Assembly (NCBI GenBank): GCA_043824255.1
Contig: JBDRTG010000012.1
Span: forward strand, 1-13,102
Direction: 5' to 3'
Length of the DNA: 13,102 bases
From: a bacterium
GTDB lineage: Bacteria > JAHJDO01
Shown here piece after piece: positions 7,487-13,102 of the stretch (the stretch's first letter is position 1; each line of letters begins with the position of its first letter). The notes under the pieces are model-generated. The model saw nothing but the letters and a program-made list of their open reading frames with translations. It was not told the DNA's origin and made no database searches. The translations under genes and the position numbers were made by a program.

Positions 7487-8593
7487 TTACGGTTTTATAA
7501 CCACTTTTAAAGCATTACCCTTTTTATCCAGCATTTTTTCCATTGCTTCAACTATATTCTCTAAAGGGAATGTATGTGTAACTATTTTATCCATAAGTAT
7601 TTTTCTGCTTGCAATCAGCTTTAACGCTTCCTCAAATTGTGCTTTATGCGAAGCAAACGCTCCGTAAATAGAGACTTCTTTATAATGAATTATGTTCCCA
7701 TCCAATTTTAAAATGGAATTTTGTTTCGGGAATCCGGCAAAAAAGCTCAATCTTCCTTTCATAGCCATTGCGCCTAAAAGATCTTCTGCTACTTTGCTAA
7801 CAGAGCACGCAACTATTCCAACGTCAATACCTTCGCCTTCAGTAATTTCTGATATATTCCGTATTAAATCAGTATCTTTAGTAGCAATATAATGGTCAAA
7901 CCCAAATTCTTTTGCCTTTATGAGTCTTTCTAAAGAATATTCAGCTAGAATAACCTTTGCTCCTTTGGCTTTTGCCAATAGACAATGCATCAAACCAATG
8001 GGACCTGCTCCTACTATAGCAACATACTCTCCTTTTTTGATGTTTAGATAATTCTGGCCGTTTATTGCGCAGGAAAGTGGTTCAACCATTGCCAGATGTT
8101 CATCTAAAATACTCTCCTCGGTTGTGACAGGGATTATAACGTCTTGTTTCACAGCATGATCCTGAACTAATATGTATTCAGCAAAACCTCCAGGATAATA
8201 ATATCCAATAGGCTGGTTATTGGCGCACATGTTGTAATTGCCTTCTCTGCAAGGTCTGCACTCTTCTTTTTGGCAGCCTATGGAAGTTACCAGAATTACT
8301 TTGCCTCCAACCTCATATTCTGAATTTTTAACTTTAGAACCAATTTCTTCTGTGATTCCTACGATTTCATGACCTATAATAAATTTACCTTCACCATATC
8401 CCCGGATTTGGGGGACAGATCCTTTTGTAACATCTTTTGTCCCTTCGTACATTCTCCCATCCGTTCCGCAAACAGCGCAAGCAGTAACTCTTATCAGGAC
8501 ATCGTTCTCTTTACAATCCGGTTTTGGAACGTTTTCTATTCCCATATGTTTGGGTCTGTCCGTGTATAAAAAAGCAGTCTTCATAGTCTGCAT
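7487..8593 (-). CDS. Zn-dependent medium-chain dehydrogenase (iditol/polyol-phosphate dehydrogenase-like)
   Basis: CGTD, GHE, structural Zn Cx4Cx2Cx7C, EPLSC, GAGPIG. GGAG RBS 7 nt before the ATG. Confidence 0.9.
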   Translation of the reverse strand: MQTMKTAFLYTDRPKHMGIENVPKPDCKENDVLIRVTACAVCGTDGRMYEGTKDVTKGSVPQIRGYGEGKFIIGHEIVGITEEIGSKVKNSEYEVGGKVILVTSIGCQKEECRPCREGNYNMCANNQPIGYYYPGGFAEYILVQDHAVKQDVIIPVTTEESILDEHLAMVEPLSCAINGQNYLNIKKGEYVAIVGAGPIGLMHCLLAKAKGAKVILAEYSLERLIKAKEFGFDHYIATKDTDLIRNISEITEGEGIDVGIVACSVSKVAEDLLGAMAMKGRLSFFAGFPKQNSILKLDGNIIHYKEVSIYGAFASHKAQFEEALKLIASRKILMDKIVTHTFPLENIVEAMEKMLDKKGNALKVVIKP

Positions 8594-8608
8594 TTTATTA
8601 CTCCAAGG

Positions 8609-10084
8609 TTAAATCTTTAATTTATGGTTTTTGTATCTTTTATAAGCTTCTTCCCATATATCTGTTTGTTCAGGTTCATATCTAATGAGCTCAAACGAGT
8701 TTCGAACAATTTCTCTTGCCTGTTTAACAGATGAGAGCTCACCTGTTGCAATGGCCTGTACCAAGATATTACCAGTTGCTGTTGCTTCAACAGGGCCGGC
8801 AATAATATGTTTTTTAGTTGCATTTGCAGTGAGTTGACATAAAAGCTTATTTTGTATTCCTCCTCCAACAATGTGGAGCACATCTATTTTTCGCTGCCGC
8901 ATTTCTTCGAGTTTTTCAAGAACCTGGCGATATTTAAAGGCCAGGCTTTCCATGATACAACGCAAGATGCTTCCTCTATCCGATGGAATTTTTTGATTTG
9001 TTTTGCGACAGTAGTTCTGTATTTTTCCCGGCATATTGCCCGGCTTCAAAAAAGTTACGTCTTCAGGATCGATAAAACAGAGAAATGATTTTGCCTTTTC
9101 TGCCTCTTTTGTTAAAGCAGGGTAGGGGAGTTTTGTACCATTGGATTCCCAGCTTCTCCTGCATTCCTGAACAAGCCAGAGTCCCATGATATTTTTTAGA
9201 AAACGGAATGTATTGTTTACTCCTCCTTCATTAGTAAAATTATTTTTTAAAACCTCCTGATTTATCAATGGACTGCTTATTTCACATCCCATTAAAGACC
9301 ATGTGCCAGAACTTAAAAATGCCCAATTATTTCCTTGAGCCGGAACAGCAGCAACTGCTGCAGCTGTATCATGCGATGCTGTAGCAATGACAGGTATTTG
9401 AGATATTCCAAATTCCTCAGATATAGATGGCAGCAGTTTCCCTATAACTGTCCCAGGATTTACAATCCGTGGCATTATGTTAGAAGGTATATTTAACTTT
9501 TCTAGAATTTCGTTACTCCATTTATTATTACGCGGGTCATAACATTGAGTAGTTGTAGCCAGGGTAAATTCCGCTGCTTTTTCTCCGGAGAAAAAATAGC
9601 TAAACAGGGCGGCTATCGGCAAGAAACAATCAGCAGATTTAAGAAGGTAAGGCTGATTTATTCTCACCCATAGCAATTGATAAAGTGTGTTTATTTGCAT
9701 AAATTGGATACCCGTTCTTTCAAATATCTCTTCTCGGGACACTTTTTTGAAACATTCTTCCATCATTCCATCAGTCCGGCTGTCCCGGTAATGCACAGGA
9801 TTTTCTAATAGATGGTTATTTTTATCAACGAGTCCGAAATCTACGCCCCAGCTATCGAATGCGATTGCAGAGATTTTAGACTTAGAACACTTTTGCAGTC
9901 CTTTTTTTATCTCATTAAAGAAATTTATGGCGCCCCAATAGAGGGTGTTATTAAGCCTTGTGCCTCCTGTAGTAAATCTATGCTTTTCTTCAATGACTAT
10001 TTTCTTTCCATTGAATTTACCAAGTGTTAATCGTCCACTTTCTGCGCCTAGATCAACAGCTATGTAATCTTTGCTTTTTGCCAC
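8609..10084 (-). CDS. rhaB: Rhamnulokinase-like FGGY carbohydrate kinase
   Basis: AVDLGAESGR, DSWGVDFG, HYRDSRT, SHDTAAAV, SSGTWSL, FTNEGG, LKNIMGLWLVQE. GTG start with GAGGAG RBS. Substrate not established. Confidence 0.85.
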   Translation of the reverse strand: MAKSKDYIAVDLGAESGRLTLGKFNGKKIVIEEKHRFTTGGTRLNNTLYWGAINFFNEIKKGLQKCSKSKISAIAFDSWGVDFGLVDKNNHLLENPVHYRDSRTDGMMEECFKKVSREEIFERTGIQFMQINTLYQLLWVRINQPYLLKSADCFLPIAALFSYFFSGEKAAEFTLATTTQCYDPRNNKWSNEILEKLNIPSNIMPRIVNPGTVIGKLLPSISEEFGISQIPVIATASHDTAAAVAAVPAQGNNWAFLSSGTWSLMGCEISSPLINQEVLKNNFTNEGGVNNTFRFLKNIMGLWLVQECRRSWESNGTKLPYPALTKEAEKAKSFLCFIDPEDVTFLKPGNMPGKIQNYCRKTNQKIPSDRGSILRCIMESLAFKYRQVLEKLEEMRQRKIDVLHIVGGGIQNKLLCQLTANATKKHIIAGPVEATATGNILVQAIATGELSSVKQAREIVRNSFELIRYEPEQTDIWEEAYKRYKNHKLKI

Positions 10085-10192
10085 GGTAGTCTCCTCATAA
10101 TTCAGACTCTGGCAACATTATGCCATAGTTCTTTATTTATTTAAAACAAAATTTATGATATTCTTGCGTTATTAAAAGTGAGGGCTATGGTT
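10085..10192. promoter_or_regulatory. Divergent promoter region with TGGCA-N6-TGCCA palindrome (10110-10125)
   Basis: AT-rich gap between divergent operons. Minus strand TTTAAA-17-CATAAT with TGn; plus strand TGn-TATTCT at 10156-10164. Confidence 0.5.
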
Positions 10193-11305
10193 ATGCTAAA
10201 TGTTGTTATTATGGCAGGAGGAAGTGGAGAAAGGTTCTGGCCGAAGAGCAGAGAAAGAACGCCTAAGCAGTTATTGCCAATAGGTTCTAAGAATACCATG
10301 CTTCAGGAAACAGTAAAAAGAGCAGAAGCTCTAACGTCTTCAAAAAATATTTTTATAGTCACTCGAATTGGGTTAGAGAAGGAGATACATAAACAAGTTC
10401 CGCATATTCCAAAAGAAAATATTATAAATGAGCCATTTGCTAGAAATACTGCAGCAGCAATAGGGCTTGCCAATTTAATTATTCAGAAAAGAGACAATGT
10501 CTCAAGAGATAATATCTCAAAAGATAAAAATTCCATTACGGTTGTATTGCCAGCAGACCATATTATAAAAGATATTGGACAATTTAAAAAGACCATTACT
10601 ACAGCTTGTATAGCAGCTGAAGAAGGGTATCTTGTCACAATAGGTATAAAACCAAGCTATCCGGAAACTGGTTACGGATATATTCACAGAGGAGATAAGA
10701 TATTTGCTGAGTATGGCAGTGATACACCGGGTATTTTTAAGGTAGTTGAGTTCAGAGAAAAGCCTGATTTAAAAACTGCAAGAGAGTATTTTAAGAAAGG
10801 TGAGTATTATTGGAACAGTGGTATGTTTGTATGGACAACTAAGTGCATAGAAGAAGCGTTTAAGGAATATATGCCTGAACTTTACAATGCGCTAAAGGTT
10901 ATAGACAATTCTCTTTCATCTTCACACAGGGATGAAATTATAAAAGGGGAGTATGAGAAGCTGGACAAGATCTCAATTGATTACGGAGTTATGGAGAGGG
11001 CGGAAAATGTAAGCGTTATAGAAGGTCTATTTGACTGGAACGATGTAGGCTCATGGCTTGCTTTGGAGAAAGTTTATGAAAAAGATGATGATGGTAATAT
11101 CGTTGTAGGAGACTATATAGGCATTGATACAAGTAATTGTATATTGATAGGGGATAAGAGTCCAATAACTGCTATAGGTGTTTCGGATTTAATCATTGTA
11201 AATACAGGGGATGTTGTACTGGTCTGCAAGAAAACAGAGGCACAGAAAGTAAAAGAATTATTAAAACAAATTAAGCAGAATAAAAAACTTTCCAAACTGG
11301 TTTAA
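10193..11305 (+). CDS. manC: Mannose-1-phosphate guanylyltransferase (no C-terminal isomerase cupin domain)
   Basis: MAGGSGERFWPKSR..PKQ, EPFARNTA, PADHII, PETGYGYI, FREKP, WNSGMF, SIDYGVME, WNDVGSW. The start could be 10187 or 10193; GAGG spacing favours 10193. Confidence 0.92.
   Translation: MLNVVIMAGGSGERFWPKSRERTPKQLLPIGSKNTMLQETVKRAEALTSSKNIFIVTRIGLEKEIHKQVPHIPKENIINEPFARNTAAAIGLANLIIQKRDNVSRDNISKDKNSITVVLPADHIIKDIGQFKKTITTACIAAEEGYLVTIGIKPSYPETGYGYIHRGDKIFAEYGSDTPGIFKVVEFREKPDLKTAREYFKKGEYYWNSGMFVWTTKCIEEAFKEYMPELYNALKVIDNSLSSSHRDEIIKGEYEKLDKISIDYGVMERAENVSVIEGLFDWNDVGSWLALEKVYEKDDDGNIVVGDYIGIDTSNCILIGDKSPITAIGVSDLIIVNTGDVVLVCKKTEAQKVKELLKQIKQNKKLSKLV
10489..10533 (+). repeat. In-frame 15-nt tandem repeat (two good copies, one decayed) with palindromic cores
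   Basis: AAGAGACAATGTCTC / AAGAGATAATATCTC / AAAAGATAAAAATTC, encoding RDNVS-RDNIS-KDKNS. Confidence 0.8.
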
Positions 11306-11308
11306 TAA

Positions 11309-12325
11309 ATGCTAAATATTTGGATTCAATTCTCAACAGGCGCAATTATAATTATTCTTGCTGGTTTTAAGTTATCAAAATACGGGGATATAATTGCCGA
11401 AAAGACAGGTATTGGCCGGGCATGGATAGGAATGATATTCCTTGCCGGCGCAACAGCGCTCCCTGAGCTTTTCACTACATGCAGTTCTGTATATATTGAG
11501 AAAGCTCCTAATTTAGCTGCAGGAAACGTCATGGGAAGTATCATATTTAATCTTTTTATAATCGCGATACTCGACATTGTTCAAGGTCATGGACCGATTT
11601 TAAGGAAGGTGAATCTTGGGCTAATTTTGCTCGGGGCAATTTCTGTGATTCTCTCAGTAATAGCAGTTTTAGGCATGTTGTTGAAGAATACAGCGTCAGT
11701 CTTTTCTATAGGTCCTGCAAGTTTCTTGATAATAGGAATATATTTAGTAGGCATGCGTCTTTCATTCAGATATCAATATCGTAATTCTGATGAACATCAT
11801 TCTGATGAATCTCAGGATAGGGAAGTGGCAGAAGAAAAAAAATATGAGAATGTTTCAGTTGCAAAGACAATTTTTGGCTATCTGTTTTGTGCAGCAGCTA
11901 TTTTTGGAGGAAGTATATGGGTTGCTCATACTGCTAAACTTATAGCCGTAGGAACAGGATTAGGGGAAACTTTTGTTGGCAGCCTTTTCCTTGCGATAGT
12001 AACATCTCTTCCTGAACTCATGGCAACAATAGGAGCAGTTAAAATGGGTCTTTTTGATATGGCGATTGGAAATATATTTGGAAGCAACATGCTCAATATA
12101 GTGCTGATACCAATCAGCGATGTCTTATACAGAACAGGTTCTATATATGCCTATCTATCTTCTACGCATATCCTGACAGCAGTTGCTGGAATTCTTTTAA
12201 CAATGATTGTGATAGTTGGGATCATTTATCGCTCCAAAAAATCCTTTCTTAAGCTTGGTTGGGACGCAATAGCTATAATTATAGTATATATTGCCAGTAC
12301 ATACATGATATTTAGGTTAAGGTAG
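11309..12325 (+). CDS. Ca2+/cation (Na+/Ca2+) antiporter, CaCA family, YrbG-like
   Basis: About 10 hydrophobic segments in two halves. Alpha repeats ATALPE..GNVMGS and VTSLPE..GNIFGSN, with an acidic central loop. Confidence 0.9.
   Translation: MLNIWIQFSTGAIIIILAGFKLSKYGDIIAEKTGIGRAWIGMIFLAGATALPELFTTCSSVYIEKAPNLAAGNVMGSIIFNLFIIAILDIVQGHGPILRKVNLGLILLGAISVILSVIAVLGMLLKNTASVFSIGPASFLIIGIYLVGMRLSFRYQYRNSDEHHSDESQDREVAEEKKYENVSVAKTIFGYLFCAAAIFGGSIWVAHTAKLIAVGTGLGETFVGSLFLAIVTSLPELMATIGAVKMGLFDMAIGNIFGSNMLNIVLIPISDVLYRTGSIYAYLSSTHILTAVAGILLTMIVIVGIIYRSKKSFLKLGWDAIAIIIVYIASTYMIFRLR
11784..11813 (+). repeat. In-frame 15-nt tandem duplication
   Basis: ATTCTGATGAACATC / ATTCTGATGAATCTC (13/15 identical), encoding SDEHH-SDESQ. 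Confidence 0.7.
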
Positions 12326-12352
12326 TAATTATGGAAATAAAAGGAGAATGAG

Positions 12353-12865
12353 ATGGACTTAAAAGAACTGATTCGGGATGTGCCTGATTTTCCAAAGAAG
12401 GGTATAATTTTTAAAGACATAACTACATTGATTAAGGATAAAGATGCGTTTAAAGAGGCGGTTGATAAACTTGCAGAAGAATGCGAGGGAAAAAAGATTG
12501 ATATTGTAGTTGCTGTAGAAGCAAGAGGTTTTATATTTGGCGGAGTGTTGGCATATAAGCTCAGAGCAGGATTTGCCCCGCTCAGAAAACCAGGAAAACT
12601 TCCATACAAGACAATAAAGGAGACATACACACTGGAATACGGTACTGATACACTGGAAATACATGAAGACGCAATAAAACATGGAGATAATGTCTTGGTT
12701 ATAGATGACCTTCTTGCAACAGGCGGAACAAGTTTAGCAACAGTTAAACTTGTTGAAAAACTTGGCGGGAATGTATCAAAGATTGTGTTTCTTATAGACC
12801 TTACGTTTCTGAAAGGTGCTGAGAAACTTGATGGCTACGATGTAAGTTCATTGATAAAATATTGA
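12353..12865 (+). CDS. apt: Adenine phosphoribosyltransferase
   Basis: PDFPKKGIIFKDIT, EARGF, RKPGKLP, YTLEYG, PRPP motif VIDDLLATGGT. AAGGAG RBS. Confidence 0.97.
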   Translation: MDLKELIRDVPDFPKKGIIFKDITTLIKDKDAFKEAVDKLAEECEGKKIDIVVAVEARGFIFGGVLAYKLRAGFAPLRKPGKLPYKTIKETYTLEYGTDTLEIHEDAIKHGDNVLVIDDLLATGGTSLATVKLVEKLGGNVSKIVFLIDLTFLKGAEKLDGYDVSSLIKY

Positions 12866-12873
12866 GCGAATAT

Positions 12874-12952
12874 GCGCCTGTAGCTCAGTAATGGATAGAG
12901 CAAGGGATTCCTAATCCCTGTGTCGGAGGTTCGAATCCTCTCAGGCGTACCA
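12874..12952 (+). tRNA. tRNA-Arg(CCT)
   Basis: Acceptor stem GCGCCTG/CAGGCGT, D stem GCTC/GAGC, anticodon stem AGGGA/TCCCT with CCT at 12910-12912, T loop TTCGAAT, encoded CCA. Confidence 0.96.
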
Positions 12953-12963
12953 AATTTAGTAAG

Positions 12964-13102
12964 TGTAATACCAAAATGATAATGTCCTAATTAGCCAAAA
13001 TAGAAATGTCCGCTTTTAAGGAAGCTATAATACCCGATTTGAGAGGAGGGTATTATGGCAGAAAGGGACATAATCATGGCGAGTCAAAGGGAATTAAAGC
13101 GT
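12964..13102 (+). mobile_element. Left end of an IS1202/ISNCY-like insertion sequence (truncated by the window)
   Basis: Terminal TGT at 12964, two subterminal repeats CCAAAAT-N3-AATGTCC (12971-12987, 12995-13011), then a transposase-like start. Confidence 0.7.
13055..13102 (+). CDS. Probable transposase N-terminus (partial)
   Basis: AGGAGG RBS. MAERDIIMASQRELKR resembles N-termini I recall for ISNCY/IS1202 transposases. Only 16 codons are visible. Confidence 0.65.
   Translation, partial: MAERDIIMASQRELKR

Noticed and set aside
4815..10084. Standard rhamnose/fucose catabolic operon or microcompartment locus
   Set aside because: No isomerase, mutarotase, lactaldehyde enzyme or shell-protein genes are present in the window, and SrlD and PHP genes are not part of those pathways.
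10110..10125. Sigma54 -24/-12 promoter
   Set aside because: GG to GC spacing is 9 nt on both strands; 10 is required.
5255..12682. Remaining short alternative-frame or antisense ORFs in the sugar operon and the manC-apt region
   Set aside because: All overlap confidently assigned genes and lack motifs.
12953..12963. dif/Xer site as the IS target
   Set aside because: AATTTAGTAAG only loosely resembles a XerD arm, and no 11-6-11 structure is present.
1..13102. CRISPR array
   Set aside because: No regularly spaced repeat-spacer series seen; the repeats found are short, with two or three copies.

Overview
Bacterial, AT-rich 13.1-kb window with four parts. (1) 1-4774: a compositionally patchy run of six co-oriented + strand genes: a secreted helical protein, a Cache-PAS lipoprotein, an S33/proline-iminopeptidase-like hydrolase, an Fcy1-type cytosine deaminase, a CE4 polysaccharide deacetylase lipoprotein and an unknown lipoprotein. 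A strong leftward promoter and a gene start leaving the window sit upstream. One damaged attC-like site, an attI-like site and core-site remnants suggest an eroded integron cassette array. (2) 4815-10084: a five-gene - strand sugar operon: RhaB-like kinase, Zn-dependent dehydrogenase, SrlD-like dehydrogenase, a PHP-fold protein with a non-canonical metal site, and a class II aldolase/epimerase. I do not recognise this combination as a characterised pathway. (3) 10193-12952: manC-like guanylyltransferase, CaCA antiporter, apt and tRNA-Arg(CCT). (4) 12964-end: left end and transposase start of an IS1202/ISNCY-like insertion sequence. All calls come from motif reading by eye; no database searches were run.
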